64,000 nucleotides of DNA from Octopus vulgaris (GCA_951406725.2 OX597824.1:30876001-30940000); one strand, 5' to 3'; shown: positions 1-15,430, counted from the first letter of the stretch. Notes: a model not told the origin generated them from the letters alone. Numbers and translations are program-made.

Positions 1-88
1 TAAGTATTGGAAATGGTTTTTAAAAAGTTTTTTAGCTGCTATTTCTAATGAGTTCAGTATGCGGCAAAGTAATTTATTTTACTAAGCC

Positions 89-155
<67 letters not shown>

Positions 156-1030
156 TATATGCACTTTGTATATATAAAAATTATTATATATACATATTTA
201 TATATAGATACACACACACACATATATAAATTAACCCAATAAATATCTGATTCATAATATTTGTTGTCATGATTGAGTGGTTGTTGTGGCGATGATAATT
301 CTCTCTATGAATGCAGACAGATGTAGAGAGTGAGAGTGTGTGAAAGCGATGTGGAAGGCAGGGAGGGGGATAACGGACGCTGTGAAACGACGTTATAAGG
401 AGAAAGTGAATGTAAGGGAGGTAGACGCTGTGAAACGACGTTATAGATAGAATGTGAAAGGAAGGGAGAAAAGTGAGTGAGTGATGGAGGAAGACAGATA
501 CATAAAAGAATGTGAGTGTTGGACGTTTTGTTTGTTGGACCAATGTATTAAGGTAGTATTGTTTTATTGTTTTAAAACGAAAGAGGCAATGTGTTTGTTT
601 CAAAAATAAAAAAATCTGTAATAGTGAATGAAATTAGAATTCACACCCAGCTCAGTTTTGTAGAAAGAGTATCACGACGTGAACTCATGAGTTGGGAGTT
701 TGACTGAGAGAGTTTATATGGTGCCACATGCCAGTCCTTTCGACACCACCTAAACAATGGAATAGTGTATACAATGTAATTAACAACTCATTCACTTTAT
801 GAATGTCTTATGTTAGCGAAGAAACAATAACTTGACAAAACCGTTTAATGGAGACGTAGAAGGAATTGGAAAATGAGGAATAAAGAGAATGAGTTGGATC
901 AAATGTTTGCAAACATCTGAACCCAATGTTCTTTATGAACCATGTTCTTTTTAATGTCTTTATTTTCAAGAATGAAGAGATAATGAAGAGGTGCAAAATA
1001 AAAACTCAAGCAAAATTTCATGACTTACAA

Positions 1031-4000
1031 TCAGTTTTCTTTTGTCAGAGCCTCCTGATAAACCACGTTCCTTGTGCGCTCATGATTGCCAAGAATGAAG
1101 AGTTTATGTGGATTTCCAACTCGAGAACAGGCTACGTACAATTGACCATGACTGAAAACCGGTTGTGACAGGTTAATGCCTACAATGTCCAGTGATTGTC
1201 CCTGTGACTTGTTGATTGTCATCGCGAATCATAGTTTTATCGGAAATTGAAAGCGTTTAAACTGAATGGGAACATCAGAGGGTGAAATACTCATTTTATG
1301 TATCATCTTGATTGTTCCTACAAATGGTCCACTCAAAATTTCAGCAGTTATAACATGGCTTTGAATCCTCCTTATAACCATTCGGGTTCCATTGCATATT
1401 TCAGGCGTTTCCATATTTCTGAGCACCATGATTGGAGCACCAACTTTCAAACACAAATGATGAGGTGGAAGTCCCGGAGGTGTTAGCTTGTTGAGTAGCT
1501 CGGGTGGATATTTGACTGCATCATTCTCATCTTTATTTGTATCGATGGACATGAAAGAAACTATCTCACCAGGAATGATATCAAGTACTTGTTTATTTGT
1601 AGCATCAGCTGTTGTATTATGAGGCGATAGAATAGCTCTTGCTCTTAGCCAATCGAGATCCTGGAAGTTGGTTTCGATGTCAGGTAAAACGGCTCTTATA
1701 AGTTCCTCTACATTTGGAACGAAATTCCCAAAAGGCAACCGAATATGCTCATCATCAACGAAAGGCAAAACTCCATCACCAAGATCTAATAGGTGTTTTG
1801 CGAAAGCCTCAGACTCCACATCACCATGTAGGTGGGCTCTCATGTTTGTTTGAAGATGGCGACTGATAACACTGTGCCACACATAAGAATGCTTTATACA
1901 TGCATTAACCTCATCGGCTCTAGTGCCTGCTCGGACAACAGGAAGAGTTTGTCGAAAATCTCCTGCCATGAGAAACGTAGCTCCACCCATTATTTTTGTA
2001 TTGTGACGCAAATCTTGGAGAGTTCTGTCAAGAGCTTCAAACATGGCCTTATTACTCATTGTAGCCTCATCCCAAATAAAAAGACTGCATTCACGAAGAA
2101 GCCTTGCTCTTGAGGAACTACGATCTATATTACATATAGGATTATCTTTCTTTCCAATGTCCATGGGCAATTTGAATGCACTATGTGCCGTACGGCCGCC
2201 TTGAAGCAGTGTCGCTACAAGACCACTTGAGGCACATGCAATGGCAATTCGACGTTCAGCGCGCAGCTTTGCGAGAATCAAATTGATAACGAAAGTTTTA
2301 CCAGTACCACCTGGAGCATTCAAAAAGAAAAGCTTTCCTTGGTTCAATCTAACGCTGTCAATAATTTCATTATAAATCTCTCTTTGTTCAGGCAAAAGTC
2401 TTGGTTCATCTCGCGTAATTGTTTCCGTCAATTCGGCAATGTTGTAGTTTTTTTCTGACATGTATTCAACATCCAAAGGCGCTTCATGATGGACAGGTGT
2501 TGGCAGATGGAATTCACTTAAACCGCGTATAACATAGCGTCTGATGTGTCTGTCCATGTCGATTAATGCCTCATTATAAACATCGTCGTTGCCATCACGT
2601 AGTGCTAAATTAGCCTGTATGTCCTTTGATAGGCTCTGTCTGAACGATACCCAAAGGTTAAGAGGGTTGCTGGGATTACAGTGGATTAATATGCTACAAA
2701 ACAATCGACGCATTTGCCATGGCAGTTTACAATTTGAGGCCTCTGCTAATGTCCTGTGTAAGTGGTCGTCATTGAGAAGAAGTCCGCGCCTCAAACATGC
2801 TTCCCTGTAAGTGGCGCAGATGATACCATCAACCGTGCGAAGATCAGCAAAAGACTTCGGTCCAGTAACTACATGAAGTAGCATTCTCAAAAAGAAGATT
2901 TCCTGTTTGGTAGGATGAATATTATACACACGTCCAATGACGTTCTTCCTAGAAACACCAGGCCAATTGTCAAGTTCTGTTCCATGTGACCTGCGCTTCC
3001 AATTATTGTTGTTGTATGTGTAATATTCCGGTACTTCAGGGTAAATGAGAGTAGCAGCAAACTCATCAACTGAACACAATTTTAAAAATGCTGTAAGCGT
3101 AGTCCCTTTTGGATTTTCAATGACTTGACGTGCATTTTTCTCTGTGAAGTAAACCAGCTGTCTCTTCTGTAAATGAACATTCAGGTGGAAAACTGTTGGT
3201 GAGCTTAGATGAATCTCATATCCAAAAATGCGCCACGCTGCATAATTGGAGGATACATACCTACCCAAAACGAATTGTTTAATTTCGTCATGTCTAAGGT
3301 CTTCATCACTGAACACAAACACGGCCATATCATCGTCCTTATTAATGTACTTGCAGAGGTATTGTATGCATCTCACCGAACTGCAGTACTCAACATTAAT
3401 GTGTGCATTAAATGTTTTGGAAAGCAAAGGGTTGAATGGAACGATCCAGGCATTATCAACATCGAATGTTTTTAGCCGTTGTCTAATTGTAGCTGTGCGG
3501 CCACCCAAACCTGGGTCACGCCTTCGGTAGATGGGATATCCGTCATTCGTAGTGCAGATTTGACCGCAAAAGTCTCTAGAGTACCGCTTCGAACATCTTT
3601 TATTCTTCATGCATGGACTTCTCGGATTAAAGTCACCACATGGACCGTGAATCATATGCTTTGTCACACTGCTGTGCAGCTGAGGTTCAGCATTTTGATC
3701 GGGCAACTCAGCAGATATAATTCTGTCAATATCCACAGGGTGGATTCTATCCTGACACCAGGCTAGCATATGAAAGTGTGGAAGACCTCTCTTCTGCCAT
3801 TCCACAGTATACATCCAAGCAGACAGTGGGCCAAAAATATGCAAAACTTTCATTAAAAATAGCATTTTCTTCAACTTGGCATGAAAAACGCGCGCCACAA
3901 TGTCATGTCTGTGCTCTGGCAGCTGCCCAGCGAACACATTCTCTTTAATCTCTGGCCAGGTAGGATTGCAGGTAAATGTAATGAAGAGGTCCGGCTTTCC

Positions 4001-5636
4001 AAACTTACCGAGGTATGTCATTGCGTCCTGCATTCGTTTATTCATATAAACGAGGTGAGCCAATAAATGTTGAAGGAAGAATAATACGTTTTCCTACGTT
4101 GGCTGCGTCACCGTCTTGACGCATTGCATCCTCTAGGTTAACGTATTCTGTTGCTCTTAATTGGTCCTGGTGAGAACGAATGTATTTTAAACGTTCGGAC
4201 TCAACTTTACAATACATGTCGACCAAAAACTGATTGGTCAAAGAATGGCACCTTAGTAATAAATTGAAATCGTTTTCTCGCACCATGAGTCGATAGGCGT
4301 AAAATGCCTTGCAGGAAACCTTCTTGTCAAGAAGTGTGAGAATTGTGGGATCAACCTTTTGAATTTCTAAGTGGTAGCCATCCTCTCCATGAGGAAAAAG
4401 GAGAGGGTACTGCAAGCAATCGTAACATCGGTGTAATTCTGAAACAAAAGTCACGTCTTCGTCATGGTGACGGAGGATTATGTCCCGATTTCCATGGACC
4501 TCATCGACCATGAGTGCTGCAACTTCATTCGTAGTTGGAGCGTTGAAACGACCAGGGTGCTCACCGGCAGGAGTTTTGTCGGCATGTATCACCAATTTTA
4601 AATGAGGTTGAGAATCCTACGTATCCATTGCATTTTTGAACTCACGAACATAAGGATGAGTCTGGTGGAGCATCATCTGAAGTACTTCAATTACACGCTG
4701 CTCAAGTTTTGGATTATTTTTTCCTGATAGCAAGTTCCTCATCGTGACCACCAACAAAGAAGACCTGCATGAATGTAGGCTCTTTACCAGGAATCGGCCG
4801 AAGACTTCCCATTTGATGGTAGCACTGTCCATGAATTTTGTATGTGTAAAAATGTTCATACTTCTCTGAATGATAATTAGGCTTTGTAGAATGTCTGTCG
4901 ACATGGGGGTTTTCGAGTACTGTTTTCGCAACAGGTCTTGAAGGTCCAGGGACATTGAGGTTTTCCGTTATTGTTGTTGTAACAGTCCATGAAGGTCCGG
5001 GGACACTGAGATTTTCAGTTGTTGTCGAAGCAACATTTGAAGGTCGTGGCATATTTTGTTTATTTTTATTTTTTTTAAACCTGGTATGCTCGTTGTTCCA
5101 AAGCATGTCATTGAGAAGCACGAATTAAACCTATGAATTCTTTCACGAAAATGCTTTGCACTGTCAGATGGACTTGTAAGCAATTCTAGAAGAACCTGAG
5201 GTGGATCAGGTAACGGTGGGAGTCGGACTTTTCCTTGAGAGCAGCAAAGACCGGGAACATCGAAATCCCACTTTTTGGCCCCACAGGAGGAACAAATTTT
5301 GTCCATCTTTTCGACGGTCACTTTGTTGTTGTTGGCATAGTTTTTAGCAGGATCGTAGATGAAGGCGGCCTTGTACCAGAACTCGTCCCTCTTAGCAGCC
5401 TTATTTTGCTTGAGTTTTCGTCGTGCTATAGACCGTGTAACTTGTGTCTGTTCTGCTGTCTGATTGGGGTTTCTTTGTTGTGCTTGAATGCGGTCAGTAG
5501 TGAGACGTGCCTCCCTTTCATCATGTGTGTCAGCAAGTCTCGCCATTCGGGTGCTTTCGCGTTGTGCAGTAAGACGTGCCTCCCTCGCAACTGGAGTGTC
5601 TGTCATACGTGAGCGTTGACGCTGAATTCGAGACAA
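1031..5636 (-). pseudogene. Helitron RepHel (HUH endonuclease + PIF1-like SF1 helicase), split by frameshifts/stops
   Basis: ORFs 4968-5636 (CSSCGAKKW..CCSQGK), 4617-4955, 4038-4595, 1229-4063 and 1031-1222. Motifs: DLFITFTCNPTWPEI, HUH EWQKRGLPHFHML, Y2 QYLCKYINK, Walker [48 protein letters not shown]. Confidence 0.97.
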
Positions 5637-5639
5637 TTA

Positions 5640-7950
5640 GAATTAATTTTAATAAAAGCATCAATTTAAGAAAAAATAAGAAAGTAGTAACAAATGAAAA
5701 TTTAGCAGGAAAAATTGTCAGGGTTGTAAATAAATGTGAAAATGTAATAGATAAAAAAAACGTACGTTATCACCAGAAGACGAAGGCTCGTTGGTGTGTT
5801 GTGTTTGTATTTGCTCCATGGGCGCGTTTTGGGCGGTTGAGGATTGCAAGAAATGAGCCTTCAGGGAGAAAAGGTGGAAAAAAAGCAATGTGCTGAAAAA
5901 TTATTAAAAAGAGGGTTGTGGAGTTATATCTGTGACTGGTAATAGGAATTTCCCTATTATCCGAGGAAACGAAATGTTGACGAAGAGAATTAGATTTCAT
6001 TTAAATAAAAGCATGAATTTAAAAAGAAAAACGTAGTAACAAATGAAAATGTAGCAGGAAAAATATGTAGGGTTCTAAAAATATGTTAAAATGAAATATT
6101 TTTAAACGTAAACATGATTTGTTTTAAGAGAAAGATTCTCGCTATATATATATATTTATATATAGAATACACACACAGACACACACACACAGACAGACAC
6201 AGACACATATATAAATGAAGCGAAGCAATATGTGATTGATCCTTGATGGAGAAAGGGAGGATAAAGAGCAATGTGCAGAAAAAAATGATGAAAAATAGGG
6301 GTATATATTGTCAGTTTTCCTCAGTAAATTTTAAAAGAAGGAAGAGCTCATATACATTGAACTTATAAAATATGAATCCTTTTTTTTTTTTTAATTGACT
6401 GTTAAAGGATTGGAAAAATGTGATTTAAGTTTATATATTTATATATAGAACACACACACAGACACATATATAAATGAAGCGAATAAATATGTGATTGATC
6501 CTTGATGGAGAAAAGGAGGATAAAGAGCAATGTGCAGAAAAAAATGATGAAAAATAGGGGTATATATTGTCAGTTTTCCTCAGTAAATTTTAAAAGAAGG
6601 AAGAGCTCATATACATTGAACTTATAAAATATGAATCCTTTTTTTTTTAATTGACTGTTAAAGGATTGGAAAAATGTGATTAGAGTATAGCTTAGAAAAA
6701 TGCAGAAAAGATAGTGAATGAGGGATTATGTTAATGATTTTAATATTTTCAGTGAAGTAAAATGTTAAAAAAAAAATTTAAAAAAACGGAAAGTTATCAC
6801 CAGAAGGCAAGCGAAAAGCCCGTATTAGAAATATTTGTCTTTTAGGTAAAAAGGCTATTTAGTAATCAAAAAATTACCCGAGCATGTGCCTCCCTCCTTT
6901 TCGATTTCCTGACTCTATCTCGGTGGTTTGATAAGTTGGAGCGCTTACGCCTAGGCATATTGAAAAGAAAATCTGGAAAATGAAATATTTGTTATGCTAA
7001 AGTTGATTCTGTTTAGAATGAGAAAACGAATAAAATAATTAAGATGTAAATATATCAAAAGTGGAAAATTTGTAAAACTTACAGAGAAATTGTTGTTAAC
7101 GACGGCCAGCTTGAGCATAGAAATAAATTGTATTTATCCACGCAAGAATAAATAATATCTGTTACCTTTCTGAAAGAGCTGAAGTGGGAATATTGAAACT
7201 TTTGCAGAGAAAGGGAGACGGTGGAGGTGGTTAACATGGTTATATATATAGAGAAAAAGTATTGAAGGTGAAAAAAGAGAGAGATGGAGAAAGAAAAGGT
7301 GTAAATTTTGGAGTCAATCCGACGGGATGTAGTGGCCTTTAACCCCGCAAAAATAATTAATATCTGTTACGTTTCTGAAAGAGGTGAAGTAGGAATATTG
7401 AAACTTTTGCGGCTGTCATTGATAAACTCGTTGCAGAATAAATAGAGAGGGCGGAGGTGGCAGACGTCGTTGCAATGTAAACATGATTTGTTTTAAGAGA
7501 AAGATTGTTCAGATTGTGTGTTGGTGGCAATGATAATTATCTTTAAGAATGGAGATAAAGAGAAATTGAATGAGAGTTAGAGGTAGAAAGAGAAGGTGTA
7601 AATTTTGGAGTGAATCCGACGGGATGTAGTGGGCTTTAACCCCGGCAAAAAGAATAATATCTGTTGCGTTTCTGAAAGAGGTGAAGTAGGAATATTGAAA
7701 CTTTTGCGGCTGTCATTGATAGATTCGTTGTAGAATAAATAGAGACGGCTAAAAAAGAGAGAGCTCGAGAAAGAAAATATGATATATGAAAGACAGGACG
7801 GGAAAATGAAATATTTTGCAATGTAAACATGATTTGTTTTAAGAGAAAGATTGTCATGATTGTGTGTTGGTGGTGGTGGTGGTGGCGATGATAATTATCA
7901 TTAGGAAAAAGAGTGAGTGAGGAAGACATACATAAGTTGTGGCGATGATA
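5640..7950. repeat. Local tandem/dispersed duplications in Helitron 5' region
   Basis: 6130-6420 is repeated at 6430-6680. 5640-5780 recurs at ~5990-6090. The unit GTAAATTTTGGAG..AATCCGACGGGATGTAGTGG occurs at ~7300, ~7597 and ~8527. Confidence 0.85.
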
Positions 7951-8021
7951 ATTGTAGACCCCTTTTCACATTTTGATGAAGAGAACCCGATTTCATTCGG
8001 GTGTACTGGGGCCACATATAG

Positions 8022-8073
<52 letters not shown>

Positions 8074-8597
8074 ACGCTGTAGAAATTAAATTAGAGATCA
8101 AACCACTAATAGGGAAATGAAACAGTAAAAAAAACAAAAACATAAAAATAAAAATACAATATTAGATATATGTATATGTGTGTGTGTGTGTGTGTTGACA
8201 GGTAGACAATAGAATGCGATGGCGATGGCGATGGCGATGTAATATTTGTTTCTGTCTCTGAACGCTGATAGATACATGAGTAAAATGTATGGGAAGCTAA
8301 GAGATAAGAGTGAGTGAAAATGTTCTTGGAAGAGAGGAAACAGCGAGAGAGTGATTTGAGGAAGACTTTACATTAAATAACCGTAGTGGCATTGTCAAAT
8401 GAAGAGGAGTGAGAGAGTACTGGAGGAAATAGGGTGAGAGGAAGATGGCCCCTAGCAACCACACCTTTTAAGATAGGGATTTCTAAGGTAGCCCACGCGC
8501 ATCGTCACCTCATTCTACATGTCCCTGTAAATTTTGGAGCGAATCGGACGGGATGTAGTGGCATTGAAAGCGATCCAAGCGGTAAAAACGCAATTCA

Positions 8598-9824
<1,227 letters not shown>

Positions 9825-9826
9825 TA

Positions 9827-9923
<97 letters not shown>

Positions 9924-10129
9924 CATATACAACATAAACACACATCAAATTAGATACACAACCGAAAGAGCTACGTTTTATGCTATTATGATACTTGAAC
10001 AGGGATATTTATAAAATACACCCTGTATCTTCAAGCAATATTTCGGGCTTTGTTTGTTTTATATATTAGATCGTCCAGAATGTTCTGAGCTTTTTTGATA
10101 TGCAAAAAGGTTTATAAATAATAAACCTT

Positions 10130-10600
10130 TCAATAATTTTTTTCAATGAAATAACTTGCATTATTATTAATGCCCTTTGCCCATCAATCAGGCAATTCAA
10201 ATATTCCATCAGTATAAAATTAGACTGGTTTTGAAGAAAAAGTTATCTAGTTGCATTTTTACTCCATCTAAATCGTTAAATATTTTCCTTTGCAATGAGT
10301 TCTGTAGAGACAAACACAAGTGGTAGTCAGATGGCGGAATATCAGGAGAATATCGTAGATGGGTAAGAGATCCCAGTCAAGTTCATGTAACTTTCTTCGC
10401 GTAACCAAAGGCACATGTAGTCAGGTATGGTCTTGTTGAAACACCACCTCTTTCCTGTTGGCAATCTCCGGCCTCAATTTGATTTTTTTTATTCAAATTA
10501 GCCAGCTGATGACAGTACATACCAGAGTTAATGAGCTACTTTTAGCAACTAAAAGAGTTACTTTTAGCGACTAAAAGTTAGAACAGCTGTTCTAAACATA
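10130..10600 (-). mobile_element. Degraded mariner transposase C-terminal fragment
   Basis: Minus strand of ~10320-10360 translates HLRYSPDIPPSDYH (mariner YSPDLAPxD motif). Confidence 0.7.
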
Positions 10601-10779
10601 TGAAGCACCAACTGATGTGGTGATGTTATTGACACAAGAATCTACCTTTGCCGCTGCTGAAACACTGTAACCAGCACAGGTGAGTACATTATTTCCTTCC
10701 TTTTGCCTTTTCAAAATATTAATGCTTTTTATCTACTGTAACCTTTTATCTTTGCTCCTCTGCACCCCACTTGCAATAG

Positions 10780-10835
10780 ATTTCAAACCTGAGTTCTCAT
10801 TTCTAAGGTATTTTTCGAAGTTGTTGTTGTTGTTA

Positions 10836-10934
<99 letters not shown>

Positions 10935-11861
10935 TATGTTTGACTTTTGGTACAAGTTGGCTCCAAGTCTCACCCAGAGACCTCAAGAGACAACAGGTTG
11001 GAAGTTCACGTTGTTGTTATGCCTAGTGTGCCATATATTTAGTTGTTTTTTTGTGTGTTGTACTAGTGGATGTCTAAAAAAAAATTATGTTTGTTTTAAA
11101 CCTTGAGATTACATAGAAAGTATTTTGCGTAGGATATGAGCAGTTCCCATGAGCACTATCTTTTGAATTTCTGCCATTTTTGGGTTTCCTGGTATCTGAG
11201 TTAGGTAGCAATCAGCCCCTTTTGCTATCATTCCCAGAGCACCTATGACAACAGGTATTGTTTTAGTCTTCATATTCCACGTTTTGCTGATTTCTATTTC
11301 AAGATCTTTATATTTGCTCAGTTTTTGGTAGGTCTTGACAGATACGTTTATATCGATTGGGACAGTCATATCAATGAGGAGGCATGTTCTTTGTCTGAAG
11401 TCTTTCAATATGATGTCTGGCCTATTTGCATCTATCTTTCTGTCAGTTTGGATGGGGAAGTTCCAGAGGAGTGAGATGTGGTCATTTTCAAGCACTGGGG
11501 GTGGTTTGTGTTCCCACCAGTTTTTTTCATGGGGCAAATCCAGGTTTTTGCAGATTACCCAGTGAATATATTGTGCAGCTCTATCGTGTCTGTTGAGATA
11601 CTCTGTAGGCGCTAGAAGACTGCACTTGGAGACCACATGGTCAATGGTTTCATTTTGTTGCTTTCATACACGACATGTTGGACTGCTTCTGATCTTTAAT
11701 ATGTTGGCCTGGTAGTTTCTTGTTGGTAGGCATTGATCTTGAGCTGCTATGATAAACCCCTCTGTTTCAGATTTTAAGCCAGAGGCCATTAGCCATTGAT
11801 GGGTCAGGGCTTTGTCAACATCTGCATTATTTGCTCTCTTTGGGTATTTGCCATAGAGAGG

Positions 11862-11943
<82 letters not shown>

Positions 11944-12060
11944 CATCATCATCATCATTATTATTTTTATTATTAAGGTCACTGCATGGAATCGAACTCT
12001 TGGGGTTAGTAGCCCGCCATCTTAATCACTACGCCATACGCCACACGCCATATACCCACG
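10780..12060 (-). mobile_element. tRNA-headed (TAA)n hammerhead-family element, interrupted by a Dong/R4 copy
   Basis: Minus-strand head TGGCGTAGTGATTAAG..GGGCTACTAACCC..GAGTTCGATTCC (A/B boxes, 11976-12040), then (TAA)n, the Dong insert, (TAA)n, and body TCGAAAAATACCTTAG..GAGAACTCAGG (10780-10830) matching 36830-36870. A deleted plus-strand partner lies at 12058-12130. Confidence 0.75.
10935..11865 (-). mobile_element. Dong/R4-clade RLE retrotransposon, 5'-truncated 3' end
   Basis: ORF 11109-11636: RHD..., NRPDIIL..LIDMTVP..K..KY (PD-(D/E)xK RLE domain). Near-identical to 31336-32310. Flanked by (TTA)n on both sides. Confidence 0.93.
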
Positions 12061-12489
12061 GGCATATGGCGTAGTGTAAATAATATAAATAATGTACATA
12101 ATTCTCATCTCTTAAATATAGAACTGTAACACACATATATATTTGAACATATTCGAAAATGGTACTGAATCAGAATCAGAATGTAATGTAAATATAAGCA
12201 TAAACTTATAATATTAACACAGTTCCTTCAAAAGCACATGGGCAAATAACTCCTTTTAGGTATTTCGGAACCTAACCTTCATCATAACAAAACTGTTTTT
12301 GATTGGAATATGTTTCAATAAAATAAAAATCAAGTAATTATTATCACTCATTCGTGCCTGGTTTGAACTCCCCAATAAAGTTCTTCTCTTTTGTGCTGCC
12401 TGCAACTGTTTTTGAATCATAAACTTTAGGAAATAGAAAAACATTTTGAAATTATTGTAGCATATACCCAGATATCTACCATTAAGGAT

Positions 12490-12666
12490 TTGCTTCCCTC
12501 CGTCTTCCCTTCCTTGGATCTTTCCCTTTTCTATGTTTCTGACGAAGAGCTCCACTCGAAACGTTAAATCCTTCTTCTTTCTTTCCTTTCCTGAGCGTCC
12601 AATAACACTAAACTTGTTCCACGTCCTCGCGTTGTTGTATTTTCTCTTTGTGCTTCATTTTGGGAT

Positions 12667-12672
<6 letters not shown>
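12490..12672 (+). mobile_element. ~200-bp pyrimidine-rich repeat carrying a minimal hammerhead (copy 1 of 3)
   Basis: Homologous to 46710-46886 and 54358-54565. All three end at (TA)n. Confidence 0.8.
12535..12569 (+). ncRNA. Minimal type I hammerhead ribozyme motif
   Basis: GTTT-CTGACGA-A-GAG(CTCCA)CTC-GAAAC-GTT-AAAT: CUGANGA/GAAA core, 3-bp stem II, palindromic AACGTT stem III, stem I GTTT/AAAT. Confidence 0.7.
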
Positions 12673-12746
<74 letters not shown>

Positions 12747-13047
12747 CTCATTACAGATACAAGGTAAAAAATTATTAATTTAATAATTAATAAATTTTAC
12801 CAAGTAGTTTCGGTATGGAAAAAACCCCATTATCGGTAAAAACTTGGACAAAATTTTTTTTTATATAATTATAAATATAATTAAGAGTTTAGCAACAAGT
12901 TGCTTCACCACATACCGAAAATTTAGAAATAGTAGTCAAGATACAGCTAATTCTTTTAACTACAAATATGACTCCACAGACAACAATATTTGTTACTCAC
13001 ATAGGCAAGAAGAAAAAAAAATAACGAAATCAAACAGTCTATGATTA

Positions 13048-13105
13048 ATTATGGACACGTTTCTGGATTAGAATTATGCAAATTCATTTCCTACATCGGC
13101 ATAAT
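13048..13105 (-). ncRNA. Degenerate hammerhead motif in a Penelope-like repeat (12760-13150)
   Basis: Minus strand: ATTATG-CCGATGT-AGGA...TCCA-GAAAC-GT-GTC-CATAAT. Perfect 6-bp stem I, altered core. Same repeat family as 47916-48360 and 1-95. Confidence 0.55.
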
Positions 13106-13347
13106 AATTCGAGAATTATAAATTTGAAAATGCTACAAAAACATACCCTTTGCATCCTCGACCAAGCGCCATCGAAACATAATACAAGGTAGTCAGCACA
13201 TCCAAATTTATATAGACGAGTGATTTCATATTTTCCCTCCAAGATTACCATGTGCGTCACAAGATAGCACGAATACATAGATGCGCAAAAACACGTGTGC
13301 GCATACGTAATTGTGTGTGTCTATATACATATACATACATTCATATA

Positions 13348-14595
13348 CGAGGGGCGTTCAATAAGTAATGCCCCTGACCCACTTCCCATAGCAGTAGAGC
13401 AACGAAACTTGGCACAGTTATTAGTCTTTTTCTACATAGGAACCACCCAGAGTTACGCATTTCTCCCATTGTTTGATGCAGCTCTGGAGACCGTTTTTGT
13501 AGAAGACCCCAGCTTGGTCCTCCAACCTGAACGTGATTTCAGAAATCAAGGCTGCATCATCTGGGAAACGCTTTCCTTTCAAAAACAACTTCATGACTGG
13601 GAAGAGGTGAAAATCAGAGGGTGCATGGTCAGAAAAGTAGGGGGATGGGGGAGGAGTTCATAGCCATACGCCTGTGCTTCTGATCTGGCGACAAGCAAGT
13701 TGTGGACCGGAGCGTTGTCCTGCAGGAGGAGGATGTCTTTGCTGATCTTGCTCCGCCTCTTGATTTTGATAACTTCTCTTAATTTCCTCAAAAGTGAAGC
13801 ATAATAGGCTCCTGCAATTGTGGTACCCTTTGCCAGGAAATCTGTCATCACTACTCCGTCCTGGTCCCAGAAGACTGTGAGCATGACCTTGCCAGCGGAG
13901 GGCTGCACACTTGCCTTCTTTGGAGGAGGTGAGTCACGGTGCTTCCACTGCATTGACTGGGCTTTAGTCTCTGGATCATCGTGATGGACCCAGGTTTCAT
14001 CCTGTGTAATCAGTCTTTTGAAAACTTTTGACTCATCTTCTTGGCACATCTCCAAATTCACCCTCGAGCACTCGACGCGTTCTTGCTTCTGGAAAGGCGT
14101 GAGCAACCTGGGAATCCATCTGGCAGACACCTTTTGCATATGCAAATGGTCATGAATGATAGTTTCCACAGACCCGGTACTAATCTTGACCTCATGGGCT
14201 ATTTGGCGAATAATTATGCGTCGATCTTCCAAAATGGCAGCCTCAACTTGACGGACAGATGCCTCATCAATGGCAGAAGGGGCGACCAGATCTGGGAGCT
14301 GTTTCCACAGAGTTCCGACCATGTTTGAATTCACGATGCCAGCGTTTTACAAGGTCATATGATGGGGCATCATGACCATAAGTTACTTTCATTTCATCAA
14401 AAGTCTCCCGTGGTGTGCGTCCTTTCAAATACGAAAACCGGATCACTGCTCGACACTCAACAGGCTCCATTTCACATTTGACTCGGTTCAAATACCTGTA
14501 AATCAGAAACCACAATTAATTCAGAGCTGTAATTTGCCACTTACTCTATAGAGATATAAATGATTGCACATGCATTACTTATTAAACGTCCCTCG
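13348..14595 (-). mobile_element. mariner (DD34D) transposon, frameshifted transposase
   Basis: TIR CGAGGGGCGTTCAATAAGTAATGC at 13348 and its complement ending 14595, TA on both sides. WIPRLL, TQDETWV, LLQDNAP motifs. ~40-bp deletion just inside the 5' TIR relative to the 49790 copy. Confidence 0.96.
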
Positions 14596-15067
14596 TAAGT
14601 ACAAGAAAAATGAATATTGTTTACGCGCATATGGTCTAAGTATTGATCTAAGTATCATGTAAAATAGGTTATACTTATACATCAATTGATTTAGTTAATT
14701 ATGAAAGCTATTAAAAGTACCGACATTTAATATTATAAGCTATATTCAATTTTGTTTAGTTGTGTGTAAAAGGGAGAAAAGAAATATGTAAGTGGAAAAC
14801 AATTTTGAAGTGTACAGAAGATACGTAAATAAATGGGCACATAGCAATTATATACATATATATATATATATACATATACATATGTACATACATGCTCATA
14901 CATTCATACACACACTCATATTATGTGTTTGTGTGTAGATGTATATATACATATGCATACATACATTCATACATACATACATATATATACATACATACAT
15001 ACATACATACATACATACATACACACACACATACATACATACATACATACATACATACATACATACA

Positions 15068-15103
<36 letters not shown>

Positions 15104-15430
15104 TATATACACAGTAATCCTTCGACTATCGCGGGTGTTTCGTTTCAAAAAACCCCGCAATAGGTGAAAATTCGCGAAGTAGAACCAATACTGTATATTT
15201 TATTATAATTTCTATAATTTGCATATATTTGTTTTATTATTTAAGCTTAAGCTTTGATAAACACTCCCCTCACTCTTAGGAGTAAACGTGTCTTCTCGGG
15301 TGAGGAACACAGTGACGGGGAGTTGCTGACGCTACCTTTTTTTCGTCTGTGTAAGGAAGAAAGCCTTAAAAGGTGCAAAACGCTTGGGTTTTAAATAAAT
15401 TCACAATTTTACACACAAGTGCAAAACACG
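14596..15430 (+). repeat. Left arm of large inverted repeat (continues at 13265-13347 before the mariner)
   Basis: Reverse complement of ~18695-19513. Includes a pogo/Tigger-like terminus CAGTAATCCTTCGACTATCGCG at 15112. Confidence 0.9.

Larger units (their letters stand above)
150..8620 (-). mobile_element. Helitron (rolling-circle transposon), decayed, with long repetitive 5' non-coding region
   Basis: Contains the RepHel ORF pieces at 1031-5636. The minus strand near 8600 reads ...TATATAAAACTGAATTGCG, resembling Helitron 5' starts. Sequence at 265-500 shares repeats with 7850-7950. No 3' hairpin/CTRR end was found, so the limits are approximate. Confidence 0.7.
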
